Shown piece by piece: positions 48,680 through 63,276 of a stretch of 64,000 nt of DNA (within the stretch, counting starts at the first letter, position 1; each line of letters opens with the position of its first letter). A program made the position numbers and the translations under genes. The DNA comes from Fimbriosthenelais zetlandica (Eukaryota): positions 16,306,001 to 16,370,000 of the forward strand of contig OZ365118.1 of the NCBI GenBank assembly GCA_977030845.1, read 5' to 3'. The notes below the pieces were generated by a model. It saw only the letters and a program-made list of their open reading frames with translations, was not told the origin of the DNA and ran no database searches.

Positions 48680-48830
48680 TGGATTTGAACCTAGAATAGA
48701 TCAGGTACGAAACAGTGGGAGTCTTAGCTCTGTTGGTTAGAAACGAAGCAAAGGTCGACACAAAGGTGAACGGTTCATGCTGTACACCTTTTCCATGCCA
48801 CTCTAACCGGCCATAGCTTTTCTGCTTAAT
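48680..48830 (+). other. tRNA-derived (SINE-like / pseudo-tRNA) fragments
   Basis: A-box-like TAGCTCTGTTGGTTAGA (48725-48741) and weak B-box GGTTCATGC (48772-48780) on +; B-box GGTTCAAATCC on - at about 48681-48691; no full cloverleaf. Confidence 0.3.
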
Positions 48831-49204
48831 TATTCATTGCCAGCTTGGTTCAGAAACTAGACAAGTTTGATCACTTGCTACTTTTGATCATGACAAACCG
48901 GAAGTTGCCCCCTCAATGTTCCAGAGCGTGGTTACTCAAGACCATGTGTAATGAACAGTTTGCATTCAATATTTTGGGCCCAACCCTGTCGTTTGACCTA
49001 ATAATGAATGACAGATGCATTAAATTTAACTGAATTATTAACTATTTGGGTGCGACACTTTCCTTACAAGATGGACCTATATAGTCATCCAATCAAGTGA
49101 TTCATCATTCAATATTCCAAAAACAAACCAAACCCGAGTGCAGACCTAACACCAAGCCTGCCATTTCGGCTGTTCCACTGAGCTTGCCTCGTCCAGCAGA
49201 TGCT

Positions 49205-49330
49205 CGTACCAATGACAGATCCCAACAAGGACGTCACTTCCGCTTGCCTCGCGCACACAGAAGCTGACATCTCGCCCGCATCTCGCGAGACGTGACTAAG
49301 ATGAATGGTTCATAATCGTGATAGATTGGT
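49205..49330. promoter_or_regulatory. CpG-rich promoter-like motif cluster
   Basis: CCAAT 49209, GACGTCA 49230, CACTTCCG (ETS) 49235, TCTCGCGAGA 49281-49290, ATTGG ~49325. Confidence 0.5.
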
Positions 49331-49654
49331 CTGCGACTGAATTAAGCAAATATCCATGTCAAAATTACTATTGCTAACCTATTGTTAGAAGTCCAAATTC
49401 TGCAATGTCTCCATGTACTTTTACCTATTCTCGGGCCTATTCATGCAAGTATAACAGTCCATTTTCATCTGTGATATCGGGGAAGATTTTGAACTTTCAC
49501 AAAATTCTCCAGGTGAAGCTTGAATATACATGTGTGTACATGTACCAGATATACAGACAGGATGAGGGTGAGATGGAGGCAGTGAGAGGACTGGATGAAC
49601 TCCCATGTCATTGTAGTCTTAGTGGAACACGCAAAGTTCAACACAGGTCTGAGG

Positions 49655-49757
49655 GGTGAGAGACAGAGACCTCGACAGACAGGGAGCGAGGGGGACAGAC
49701 AGAACAGGCCTGAGACTAGGCGGAGAGACAGAAAGATAGACAGCAGAAGAGGACAGT
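49655..49757. repeat. Degenerate GA/GACA-rich tract
   Basis: Direct reading. Confidence 0.65.
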
Positions 49758-52700
49758 CAGTCAAGATACAGTTCAGCTTTGGTTGGCTGGTTGTCAATGT
49801 TCAACCACACATTTCCTAACTCTCCCACTTTACTGAAACATGCCCCTGATATCCGGATCATTAATTGGACAAACAAGACACCCTGGCACCGAAACAAATC
49901 ATGACAGGAGAATAGAAGTGCCACTGGAGGAAATTAAAAGTTTACCTAAGCATGACACTCTGTGGGAAGTGTGACACTCAGGAAATTAGGGCCTCTTCCC
50001 ATTCAGTCCATTCCCTTATTAGAAATTCTACCTAGAAAAGGTGGCAGAAACGGAGTCATTTCTAAAAGAAACCATGTCCAACTAATGATCCTCTGCCATG
50101 TATAACCTGAATGTTGCCTATACCTTTAATTAACCTTTCTTGCACCAGGTGTCAGGTCAGTGACCTTTTCTGTATACGGACAATACTGACACTCATTTTA
50201 GGTCCAGTACCAACACCTATTGTCATTCTTATTTAGTCGGACTCACTTCCCAAATGTACTTGTTTAATTTCTGTGAGATCGGGCCGATCGTCAAGAGTTT
50301 ATTCTTCCATTTTGATCGGGAAGTAGAGACCAGGATATTTGTTCATGTGGGTGCTATACTTTGAATACACGTTCGCATTGTATGTTTGTATATATGAACA
50401 GGAAATGGTTGCTTTTATATGGAGGTTTTTAATCAAATATTGAGTGGTCACATGGGTGCCGCAAGTGGGTACTCTTTCCCACAGCCAATGTCGTGATGGA
50501 CTGCATCACGAAAGCAAAAATGAAATCATTTAAAACATGTCATAATTAAGTGAAGTAAGGAGTTAATTTTGTATACTTGAATATCTCAGGGCACTCGATA
50601 TCAATTAAAAAGTGTCTTAAGAGTAAGTAAGAAGGCCTAACTGGTGACCTAAGGACTCTAAAGACACTCTAACTGTGCCCTAAGGGTATCTGTCTCCCAC
50701 CAGGGTGTGAAATGTCGCCCCCTATGTGACGACAATGGAAGCTCCAGCCAATAGAGCGATGCCACGTCACAACGATCCTTATGACATCATTTTAAACTCA
50801 AATATCTACTTGTTTTTGTTAGGAGGCGAGTGTTTCACTCGAGAGTATGTCAGGGCATTGTCAGATGTGGTCACCAATGTGACACCTCGCCAGTCAACAG
50901 GGTGAGAAGATGGTGACACTTAATTCAAGCGTCAAGGGTGACGATCGAGTCGTGTATTTTAGTCCTAAACATCTGACAGCTACACCTATGCGAAGTCCAA
51001 TGCAAAAGCATCGCAGAAAGTGAATGAATATCTTCTCATATCAAAGCATTGTCATCAAGGTTTGTTATTAAATGGGCGACCTGGGGTTTAGCCTCATTGT
51101 TGGCAATTTGTTCAAACATTTCAATGACAGAGTCTAAGCATTGACACAGACTTAAACATAGGGCATTTTCTCCCATGCGCCTATCAATAAAGAATTCCTC
51201 ACTGTTGGAGACTTGTATAAATGTTGCTTGTCCAGCAGTGGTCATTTTCATCATCAGACACCACAAAGATATATAATCCTGTAATCACCAGAATTCACCA
51301 CCCCTGACCACACCTCAGACACAAAACATTACGCAACGACCACACCTTCCACATTTACATACCACGCGTCATTGTTGAACATGACATAGAATGACGTAAC
51401 TACATCGCGATGGTGTTTCCGAGAATATATTTACCCGAAATTCACCAGATGTTCAGTGTTGATAGATTTTAATTAAGTATAAATTCAAGGTCAAGCCGAA
51501 AAGACTCAAGATGGTTGTACAGAAAAAAAACCGATGCTAAGGAATGTTAAGACATCTTAACCACAACGGAGTAAAATAAAATGTATTTAAACATGACCAG
51601 AAGGAAAATAATCCACAAAAATATGATCAAAGATCTCTTGGAATAACATATATACATACATTATGGCATTTCAACAAGCTAAGAAAGATTAAAAGTGATT
51701 AAATTGGATGGAAAAAGGCAGAGTTTAGACGTGTGAAGAGCACTTAGCCTGACTGACACCTTCCCACCTTCCCTTCTGATTTTTGAACATTTGGATCCCT
51801 TAGCCCTAATCCCGGCGCCACTAAACTATTATCGCCTCATTACATGAGATTATCGTATAAGGATTTATGATTAGTACACCTTTTATGTTGGGAACGATTA
51901 GCTAAAAAACAAAAGTGGGTCTGGGAGGAAAAGCGGGAGGACAATGGGCAATTCTCAAGAGAATACATAGGATTTACATTAACAAAGGGACAAAATTGAC
52001 CTCAAAGTGTATTAACTTTGGAGGAGTGCAGCGCGAAGTGTGAGCCCAGGTAGTCTAGAGATAGAAATCACTAAACAAGGATCGAACTGTGGTTATCAAG
52101 CCACCATCTGCGTTGAAAACCAATCTATATTTATTTGGATAAGTCATGGACAGTGAGATATTTTAGTTCATCCCACTCATACCCACAATCTGTTAACGGA
52201 CTAAATACCATCTCCTTGATTCCGCCGCTTTAACCTTGAGTTATGCTGATCCCATCACTGACCACTTGTATGAGCAGCAGGCAGCTGACCCCCCTTTATC
52301 TCCCCCCTGACCCCCTTATCAACCTCTATAATCCCCCTATTTCTCTATGGGACTCCAACCATGAACCCAGATCATCCCCCGGCTGACCCAAGCTTCCCCT
52401 GCGGGTGGAATCCCTGTATGAACGGCCCCCTCTTCCTTTCAGTCTTGGATCTGATTCATAAAAGGTACGATACAAATTCACAAAGTTTCCTCCGGATTTT
52501 TCCAATACTTTCTTCATATATATCCCACGTACTTTATGAAATAAGCTTTCCCTTTTTCAACATGAAAGAAATAATCTCTACTTCAAGGGTGCGTGTAAGG
52601 TTTTTCAGCTAGTATATAGGTTTAATTCCCACGCTACTCTCAATATTAAAGTTTACAATATAATAACATATTATTGGTTCCGTCAACTCCCTCTCAATTT

Positions 52701-55700
52701 CATCTTCAAATTCCAACTTCCAAGCCCCATCTACTGCTGAGTTAACATGCAATATTTACATGCAATGTCACGCATAGTCATGTCACTACTTATCATGTAT
52801 ATATACCATCATGTGAGTCTGACCAGGGGGTATAACGGCTCCACTCGTGGTTCAACCCTCGTGGATGGCCGAGGGTGGGAGATTATTTCATGGGGTAATT
52901 TCTGCCATTCACTCATAATTTTACGTGGCAGTAATTAAATAATTACGGACGTGAACTAATGATTACTAGTGGAATATAATTAGTTCTGATTATATTCACC
53001 CCATGACCCACATTTTTTGCGTAGAGTCAGGCCAAATTAAGAGTTTTGTTCTATTCAGGTACATATCAAAAAATCTATTCCATGGCACTCTTTCATAATG
53101 GGATATATTGCCCAAAGAATCAATTAAATGGAAAAGGTCTTAGTGGTAGATCTGACTAAGAAATGAAGGAAGGTGGGTTGCATGAGGAAGGGAGGAAAGA
53201 AAGAAGGATTCGAAGGTAGCAGGGCAGGAACGAAAGCAAGAGAGAGCAAAAAAAGTCCAGGGAAAACGGGATAGAAGCTAGGAAAGATGAATTGACGGAA
53301 TGAATCGAACCGAAGAATAATCAGAAGATTATTCAAGAAAAGACAAAAACATATCATAAAGACGCCAAAAGAGGACATTTCTTACTTGGCCAGGGGGTAT
53401 GATGTGTAATTGTTGTAATAAGCCATCTGTGAAGCTATTATCATATAGATGAACCCCTCATGACACCCACCATTCATAATGTACACTCATTACCCTCTAT
53501 TGTTCTTATACCGCCACTCTGAGGGAACACATCAAAGATAGACTCATATCTACACCTCAATCATATATACCTCCCCCACCCCCGACTTTCAACACAGATG
53601 ACCTCTTAACCTTGCTGATGTGACCTTATAATAGGTGACAACGGTTAAGCAAGGTCATCATCATGGTGAAGTTCATATAAGACTTGCACCAAAAGAATTT
53701 ATATACATTTTTATAATAAATTTACTAAATAATATTCGATGATAGGTGTATATGTATAGCTTAAACGATTTATACACATATTCTTAACAGCTTAACATAT
53801 ATTCAATGTTGGAAGACATGTTTCAAATACTGTATATAAAAGGTTTTTGAGCCATATATTAATTCATACTTTTAAGTTATTCTTGGGCAAATATGCCATG
53901 AGAGCTTTTGGAAGTTTATAATTAGCTGTTGATTTCCAGGAGAAGGATAATAATTATTGATTTTAACGGCCACGTAGGCCTATAGGATGTACCTACATGT
54001 GTACTTACACATATACAAGTACACATGTAGAATAATTGTCTGTATATAATTATAATAAAGATGGTTTTATCCGGGCAGCCATCTCTGACGAGCTACATGT
54101 CTCGTGTAGGATTTCTGCGTGTCAGATGAAAGGGAGCGATGTAATCAGCAGAAAAGAACAAAAGGTGGAGAAATTGCTGGGAGGATTGGGGGAAATATAC
54201 AGTTAATTACGGATTTAAATAGAGCATTTCACCGAGGAAACAATGGCTATTTGTAATCTAAATTTGACAAATGTACATTCCTGTCTTATTTGTGGTCTTG
54301 TATTGTCTATCTCAGATCTATTTATCAAAATAAATAGTAGCCTTAAGCCCACGGTTAATATTTAGTTTTGAAACGATGTGGTCGTGGATCTGTTCTCCAT
54401 TCCAAACAGAGCTAAATCTGGATTCCCTTATATAACAAAGAAGGGATTTTAAGGACTTTATCTTGTGACTTTTCATATAAAATGAGTACAAATCCACATT
54501 GCAACGACCACAAATCCCTGTGGAATGCAAACAAACTTTACAGCTTGAAAATGCCTTAAAGGAATCCAGCGCTCAGAAGTAGCGTACCACTTGTAGAAGG
54601 ACGGAGCTGATAAGATCAGTCATTCCGTCCCCTTACTGATGCCTTTTACTGATAAGTATAATAAGGGGCATGAGCCTGCGAGCCTGTTGGTAGCATTATG
54701 ATTTATCATAGTGTTAAATATGATATGTATGGACTGTTATTGGCAATGACAAGTGGTGGAGATAGCATCTCTTATCATGAGTAGAGCCATTGCTCTCGGC
54801 TTATAGGCTGACAATCTATAGCGAGTGAGTGGACAAGGGAGTAATCCATACAATCAAGACTTCTATTATGGTTTAAATATACATACAGGATAAATATTGT
54901 TACTATAAATACACACATGGAATACATAAATATCCCTAAAATTTGATTTGTAAATATTTGGGTATTTCTTGAGATTGAAATCAATGGGATATGTTCTAAT
55001 ATTTCATTGAGTATTGACGCCTCACTCATTCAGATTTTGAGCAATCTTTCAAGTCCTTTAAGAAGATATCTTCTCAGAGACAGGTTCTACTGACCTACTG
55101 GTAACTATACTCTGATTTCAGGCCCTCAAACCAGTGGATAAAAACCGGTAATAAACATATTTACGGCCGGGAGGGTGGGCATAAATCACTCAGTCACAAA
55201 TAATAGAGAGGACTGCAGAATCCACAGGTTGTCACGAAGGCCTCACGATCCCAAACTTTACCTCCAGAAAAGGTTGACTTTTAATGGGTCTTATCTCCAA
55301 ATAAATTACACCTATGTATCATAATATGAGTAAATGATAAGATCAAGAAGTTACTTATCAGGCAGGGGGATAATTATTGTTTTCTATTATTGATTTGAAC
55401 ATTCCCTTAGGGATCAAGTACATGTTCAAATAGATGTATAGTATGCATAATTCCATTTTCGGAAAGAAATACTACTTGAGTGAGGGGAATTGAAGTTGAT
55501 CACTTCATTGTTTCTTCCCTGGAGTTCATCCACGCGTGACGGTCAATGCTGTCACACTCGGCCGCCCTTCTGTCTGCTGGTACCTGGCACTCCAGCCAGT
55601 TCCTGACACTGACAGGAGGGCTTTCCCCACCTCTCCCTCCTGCTCTGTCATAATTTGTGTTTCTCTAAATCATGCTATTTACACATCCATCTTGTATCTG

Positions 55701-58700
55701 TCACTACATAACAAGAGGTGTATGTACTAGCCCCAGCTCACAGCCACGCCCCCGCGCGATCCCTCCCCAAACAAGGGCCTTCCAGAAAAGTACTAGGCAT
55801 GGGATCTGTGCCTTAAAATCACTAATGAAAGTATTGCTTTGGGATGCAAACAGAAATTAAAGAAATGCCCCAGGGGTAGGGGGACGGAACTCCCTTCTCA
55901 GAAGATCAGAGAATGACTGAAAGGAAAGGGCAAAATGCTTCCTATTCATAATATAAGATCAAGCTTGTTTCGATATTTGTCATTATTTTTCCTTGAAAAT
56001 CTAATTTTCATAATGACTTCTCAGCTGAAAAAAGTAATGAGAAGGACGAGGGGACTATTGCCTCAGGTGGAAACAAATTGGTTTGGTATACAAATACATA
56101 ACGTTAATGGATTCGGAAACAATGGTGATTTTTGGTCTGACAATAGTGGGTATTATTATACAGGTGACACTGCCGCCTACCGGGGAGGAGTAAAGGTAAA
56201 GGGGCTGAGGTGGGGTGATGAGGATCAGCATACTTAAACACTGACCACCCCCTGACCGTCACGAAGACACTGGCCACTCGCCACTGATCGTCACCTATAG
56301 AGATAATCGTGGGAACCAGGGAAGGACCAGATCTTATAGGGACCCAGGGAACAATCTATGGACGGTCAAAGTATCGCTTCTCGTGAGGGAAAGCAATGAC
56401 TGGACACAAGCTCAGTCCTCTGGGGTATTAAGCTCAAAGACTGCATGAAACGTTTCCATCAAATGACATACTATACATTTCCTTCTAGTCCATTACCAGT
56501 TCAAACATCAACCACCCCCATACCCTCTCTTACACTTCCATAAGCCCTTTCCATGTCTTTTATCATAGACCCTAATTAATATTTCCCCTGATCTCTAAAA
56601 AAAATACTCCACTTTGAAAATTCAACAATTTCCTTAAAGATGAGTGGCCGGCAACCCTCATAAATAGGGGCATATACAGTGGTCCAGCCTGCTACATATA
56701 TACAAATGTAAAGGTGCATGGAAAGGGGCAATGAAGGTGTATACCTTCCCCCCACCTGGGGTGTAGAGACGCCAGCAGCATGGCCTGATACAAGCTGCCT
56801 GAGGGCATCACGAAGGACCAGAAAGAAAGCCCTCAGCCCCAGTGGGCGTCTATTGTTATTGTCCAGTTATCTGAGGGCATGTGAGGGGCAGGCCCCACCA
56901 GAAAGGTCATTGCTAAAGTGAGGGGCACTAATTCGCAAATAACTACTGAGGAGGCCAAGGAAATGTTCTGTTTCCAATGCGTCAGTATTCACCAGTTTTC
57001 TGACACTTGGTTGAATAGCTTATGAATGCCAGAACCAATGGTAAGGATCCGACCTATTCCTGACCTCTGGACAAAAAGATTATTCCTAGATAATAATCAA
57101 TTTTCTTATAGGCCTATTATTGACTAGTAGAATTGTTAAATTACAATTAAATTACAAAGAGGGTTCGGGCGTTCCCTGGTCATATAACAGATCGCACATA
57201 CTGCTTGGAATAGTTAAATAATGAATTACATATTAGAAACTAATATATATTTGTCATTTTCAAGCAGTTGGCATTGGCCTCACAGTGCATGTTTCCTGGC
57301 CATTTGAAGTGATCCCCCTCTCCTGGTTCCCTGGCAACTTTCTGTCGTAGCCTCCTTTTGAAGCAGCGAGCCTGCTGGTCCCCGGCTAGCCTATTGCCTT
57401 TGGTCATCACAGGGCCCTGAGGGCATGGCGAAGAAAAAGGGGAAAATATGTGGACTGGCCACTATGGATATTTACACCAATTATTCAAACAATTATACTT
57501 GTTTACTGAGTGAAAAACTTTAAAGTTCTCATGGGAATAGAGTGTGGTGACAAATAGTTCAAGAGAAGACTGCTGTATTGGGCTTTTAGTTGTACCCTTT
57601 CCAGTACAAATTTGCAAGCTTGTTCTTTTCATTGCTGTCTATCATGAGATGCTGATTTCGCAGGAATTTGGTTTCAAAAGAAAGTGGGGGTGGAACATAG
57701 AAAGAACTTGATACTTTGTCTGTGTCGCAAAGTGATTACAAGATGGACAATGGCAAGAGTATATTGTTTTATATTTTATGTGCGTCTGGAAGCCTAATTG
57801 TCCAGACGCATCTGCAGCAAAATGTACTCAATAAACAAGACTTAAAAACAAGATAAGCTGACAATGACAGTGGACAAAATACATATCAGATAAGTAAATT
57901 ATCAATTGCCATGTTTCAATGACAGGACGGAGGGAGGGGAAACAAAGTGGCGAGCTCAGTGAGTGAACTTTAATTACAAGCTTGCTGCTTATCTCGCTAA
58001 TTCCCGACCCTCATACAGGTGTCTCTGTCAGCATCCACCCGAGCAAAGGGCACAGGTCAATAGTTCCGGTTCCGGCGGCAGGGCTGGGGATAGGGGTAAG
58101 TAAGAGGGGCTGTGTGACCTCAGGGTCGGACTGGATGTGTAGTTTTCATCTAAGATAAGGAACCAATGGTTTAGTTGCTACTTTCATTGTTGCAATAGGG
58201 GCTTGTAGGCTCTTTGATTAGGGGGCAACAAAGATGGCCTTGGCCAGTTAAAGATTGTAATTGAATATGTACATACTCTTATCTCTGGATGAAATATGAG
58301 CAAAGCTTGGACAATTCAATTAGTTTTGGACTGGTGGTGGTCACAAAATGATCAAGTAGGATCGTATTGTCCACAAGCAGTGAACATGGCCAACTTGGTT
58401 CAAGCTTATTCGGTTTTGCTTTGTCTTTGTCTCAGCAAAAGTTCTCTTCTCCAAAAACATTTTTATATACTACTCAGTCATACCCTTGTATAAACTACTC
58501 GAGTAGATTGACATTTGTAAGCTATTAAACCTGAAGAGCTGCAAAGAAAAAAGTTGGATATTTGATAATGCAGATCAATTATAGTTCATGTATCGATACA
58601 TTAAACTATCATGTAACCAATACAGCATGTCCATGTACTGGGGGTTTCATGACAAATATTAAAGATGCATGACAGGGTTTTTGCGACTTTTTAGTTATCA

Positions 58701-60819
58701 TTCATGAAACAAATCCCAGAGTTCAGCACACAAAGCCCAATGGAGGTGTGTTATTGGAAAAGTGGGGTTAGGGGCGGGTAGCTTTGAAAACATTTAGCTG
58801 GGCATTATTTTAAATGAATGCTGTGTGAATCATTGAATGAAAGTTAAGGATTTCAAAGGTGACGTGCTCGGAGGGGTTTAGCTGAATGTAGTGACATGTT
58901 TGACTCTTTAACTATGAGTCAGCACATATTGTGACCGATAAAAAGGAAACCTTTTTACCAATTAGGCAATAATGGATGGAGATCATGGCAAGTCTCGACC
59001 CTGGTGAAAAAAGGGTAACGTTTAGGATTCATGTGACATTCAAAAGGTATTGCAATTATAGCTAAAAGCTAGTGTTATTTTTTTAACTATCTAATGCAGA
59101 TTAGGTTATATAAAAGTATTTTCTCATCAAGGGATCATAAACTATACTCTGTGACGTGATAAATTGTCACATGTCTCTGGGATAATTAAAAGTCAGACGG
59201 GTTAACTATTTATCAATCACTCCAGGCGTCTTAACAGAAGGTCGAGCTTAGTGAACTTAGTCTATTTAAAGTGAACTGACATATATATACGCAGTTACCT
59301 TCAAAGGACCCAGGGTTATTAATGGAATCTCTAACGATTTATGTACTCCTCTCATGGCTATACATGTATCCATAGTGACTCAATGCATTTAGTCGAGGCT
59401 AGGGGCTATATATCACCTGAGGTAACGGACCTTGTAGATCAAAATTCTAGAGCATAATTATAAGGTTTTTTAGATTTCAAGATAAATTGGGGTCTTTGCA
59501 ACCTGTACAGGGTAAGGATTCTTCCTACAAAAAGACACCTCAAGATCTGAAAAATTAATGTACCAACAGACACAATTAACTCTTTGATATCACTGTCAAC
59601 TTTCTTTCCTTTAAAAGTCAAATTCAACCACTTTCCTGTATGTTTTCTGATAATATTTTGACATGCCTTACAGTCCTGAGCATGACGGTACAGCAGGATA
59701 CCACAATCATGAAAGTGCCAAACTTGACAAAACGATTTTAGACACAAGTGCCCCCTGGAAGTATACAACAAAAGCTGCTGTTGACAGGAACTTACTCTGC
59801 CGGAATCGAGCAATTACAGCACCCTGATTGGCTATTTCCTGGTCAGCAGGGGTACAAGAAAAACAATATCCCCCAACAATACACTGCCTCACACTCTGTG
59901 TGCCAATTTTCTCCATTACAGAACAGCCTAGAAACATTGCCGGAAGCAACAGCCGCTCCGCAGTTAATAAAGGTTAGGACCGCAGCAAATAATGGAGTGC
60001 CTTTCCATTGGGCAAGAGTCAAATAAGTGAAAAGTGCTTGATTGTTATCAACAAATTATGTCACACTATTTTGACAGTTGTAGGAGATTATTTCCTGTAT
60101 TTAAGTGCTTGGATCCAAGGCTTTATATTTATACAACGCCCATGTCTACGTGAATAAATCTGCACTGTTCATTTGCTTGTGGGGCTTTTAGTTATTATAT
60201 AACCAAGGCTGAGATCTAAGTAGTTTTGATGTTATAATGTGGAGGGTGAATGTCTTTATGGGAGGTAGCCTGACAGATGCTTTGTCGTGAGGGCCTGCAG
60301 CTATACAAGTACTTCAAGTCTTGTATCTACATGTCTGACATCTGATGAAGCGTGCACCTACCGCACTCAAGGAAATTCTAAAAGGAAAATTCTCAAAATA
60401 TTTTGCTTTCAAATGCACCTACAGCGGCTGATTTTCAAGAGTGGGGTTCGAAAAAGGGTACTTTGAGAACTCCCTCCCTATTCTGCCCCAAGCGACTTTG
60501 GAGACCCAAAAAGCAAATTTCACCCAGACCTGATTGGACATGAAGTGGCCTATGTTTTCTGACATTAAATACCAATATATTAGGGGTAAATAGGGGTATT
60601 AATTATATGGTTTTCGAGAAAATTCACTGAGAGAGCCTTGGCAGATTTATATCAGATAAATGCATACAAACCATGCGAAATGTATAAATCTCTCCTTCCC
60701 TAATCAATGGTAATGTCGGTTATTAGGTTCCATTATGTCGACCTAGGTGCTAATTAATGTAGATGACTAAATGAACGACGAGCCCGCTTATTAACCATGA
60801 CATCATGTTTTAGACCAAA

Positions 60820-60985
60820 ATCGGAACCGGAAAGCTGGCAGGTCATGACGCGCACGCATCCATGACCCAGTGTGGGTGGTCCATGACCGTCTATCGCGAT
60901 TCTCTCAAGTTATTAATGTTACCTGGGAGCAATAATGGTAACAACAACAGTGGTGGCCAATCAAGATGGCCGCCGCGGGGGACGG
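60820..60985. promoter_or_regulatory. Promoter-like cluster (ETS-like, CCAAT, YY1)
   Basis: ACCGGAAA ~60826; CCAAT 60957 directly followed by CAAGATGGCCGCC 60962-60974. Confidence 0.45.
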
Positions 60986-62480
60986 AGAAATGTACATGGC
61001 CTCATTATCGCCGACTCCTTTTAATAGATGGATTTTGTGTAGGGAGACCTGAAAGCTACTGTTTAATAGCTTGGGTGAGGGGCCGCAGGGGGACATTTGG
61101 AGGGGGGAGTTTAGGTTGGTGGCCCGTGGGTCTATGGACATGTTCTACATGGTTTCTGTGGGTTTAGAGAGAGTGGTCAGACGTAGAAGATCGGAGGGAC
61201 TATATGTTGAATTGATCTTAAAAGCGAGTCCTTAAAATTAGCTTAAATCTCTTAAAGTTAAGTAACCATGCAGATATCATTGAATGATAGCCTACTTACT
61301 CTTGTGATCATTTTCTCCAGAAGAAGAATGTCCTAAAAGAAATAAAGATTTAGGTCAAATTATAGTTATTTTAATTGTAACTTGCAGAGAATATCCCTGG
61401 ATTTGGCATCATATATATTAGGCATGGACAGATTGAGAGGAGAGCAGCAAACACTAATGTATTTTGACAACTCTGTCAACTTAAAAGTCATCAATATACC
61501 GCCCAAACAAACCAAGGTCCCCATCTCGTCAAACCTCGTCAAATCACGTCTCGCTCGAGGTGACGGTTTGAAATATTGGACCATACTGGAGCATTCTAAT
61601 GTAAACAAAGAGACAAAGAGGGCGCTCCGAGCGTCAGTTTGTTTGTTATTTTTTTCATCCATTCTCCCTCACAGAAGGTTTGTATGACGTCATAGATGGC
61701 ACGTCATGCTCCTGGGGTGATATCTTTTTGTCTCCATCCACCAGTACCATCTTTAGTCTGACGCATGTCAAGTTATTTGCTTGGGGTGGTAAAAAGATCC
61801 ATTCCTTTGTAATGAGAAAGTTCAACTTTGGATCAACATAATTAACAAAAGACTGTCTTCTAATTGTCTTTCTGATGGATAGGATTCTAAAACTCATTTG
61901 TAAGAAACCAATTCCATTAATCAGGATTCATTTGTGTCTATATTTAAACAGGTGAAATCAAAGGACATGCCCCAGATATTCTGTAGCAAGAATAACGTGT
62001 TCCAACCGCCATTTGATAGAGATTAGAATGTCGAAACAAATGTACATATCAACCCATTCTCTGGCTTCAAAATCATTCCAAGAATTGTGCGTAAATCACA
62101 TATGACTAGTTAGATAAATGACTGGTTTCACTTTCCAATAAACACATATCATTTCAATGTCGTGCCTCGAAAACAAATACCCCAAATAGAGTCATTAAGA
62201 TAAGACATGTCATTGTTTTGTCTGATTCAAGTAATATTTCAAGGCCCTCAAGCTTGACTTGGCATTGTGTGTGGAGATACCCTCAACACTTGAGAAGGGC
62301 ACTTACCCTATGACCTGTGACTGTGGCCCTTTGTTTTCACATATTGTCCTCAGTACTGGGTGTCAATCATTTTTCTATCTATCACCATGTGTATTGTCTT
62401 CGTTATTAGTGGTCAATCTTTGACCTGATGCTCCACCTGCCGGACACTAATTACATCCTTGACCTCTTGGCCTTCTAACG

Positions 62481-62612
62481 TTCTCTCTCTCTCTTTCCAT
62501 AGTTCTCTCTCTCCCTTGTTGCTCTCCAATCTTACATGCTCCCCCGCCCTGCACCCTGTTCTCTCTTTTCTCCTCTTACTTCTCTGTCCCCTCCCTGAAT
62601 CATTCTCCTTCA
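62481..62612. repeat. Degenerate CT-rich tract
   Basis: Direct reading. Confidence 0.8.
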
Positions 62613-63229
62613 CATTTCTTAAAATGAATCAATAGCAATATGACTTCATTTTTTATACAGTGAGATGCCATATCATTTGAATATCTATATTGTAATGCTT
62701 ATTAAGTGCATTAAAAAGTAGTGACCTGAGGACCATCTTTCCACTTGAGTGGTCACTAACCAGTGGTCAGCCCACACGTGCCATTTTCTCACCTGGATAA
62801 TTGGTTGCCAAGGGCGACCAGGTGAGTAACTGACCGCATGGCCGCCAGGTGTTGAGAGGCTTTCTGGGGGAGAATATTTCCCCCGACACCCCCGGAACTG
62901 ACCATGGCTCATTCAGTCTTCCTGTAGAGTGGGGTCAGCTGTTGCATGCCGGGACAGATCCTGACTAATGATGGTAAGACAATATGGTCAGATTTTGTAG
63001 AGCGGCACCTGAATGTGGAGGCAGCATCAGGGCTTGACACTGATTGGCTCTTGGCATTTCCGGTTACCTTGAAATTGGAAAGGGCGAATCTTACAAGTGA
63101 TCTTATTATAGGTCATAGCATAGCTAGCCAACAGGTCTATCCTCAGACTCCGTCCCCAAGAAAATAATTTAGTTTGCATAATATGGTTTAAATGATGAGG
63201 TTGGAATTCAGCAATATTGCTTAAATGCA

Positions 63230-63276
63230 ACCTTAATATGAATACCTTAATATGAATACTATGACCTTAATATGGA
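63230..63276. repeat. Short tandem repeat ACCTTAATATG(AAT) x3
   Basis: Direct reading. Confidence 0.85.

Noticed and set aside
50713-50724. 12-bp match TGTCGCCCCCTA to the DIRS ITR
   Set aside because: Expected by chance at this length, and it is also a generic CTCF-like string.
59439-59813. Integrase zinc-binding motif (RHAQDCKACQ)
   Set aside because: No upstream H...H pair or downstream DDE core visible.
60341-60378. Hammerhead ribozyme (CTGATGA...GAAA)
   Set aside because: Stem II does not abut GAAA, and stems I and III cannot be built.
62788-62826. Relic of the DIRS left terminus (CTCACCTG...GGGCGACCAGGTGAG)
   Set aside because: Only a short gapped match with no accompanying ITR/ICR sequence.
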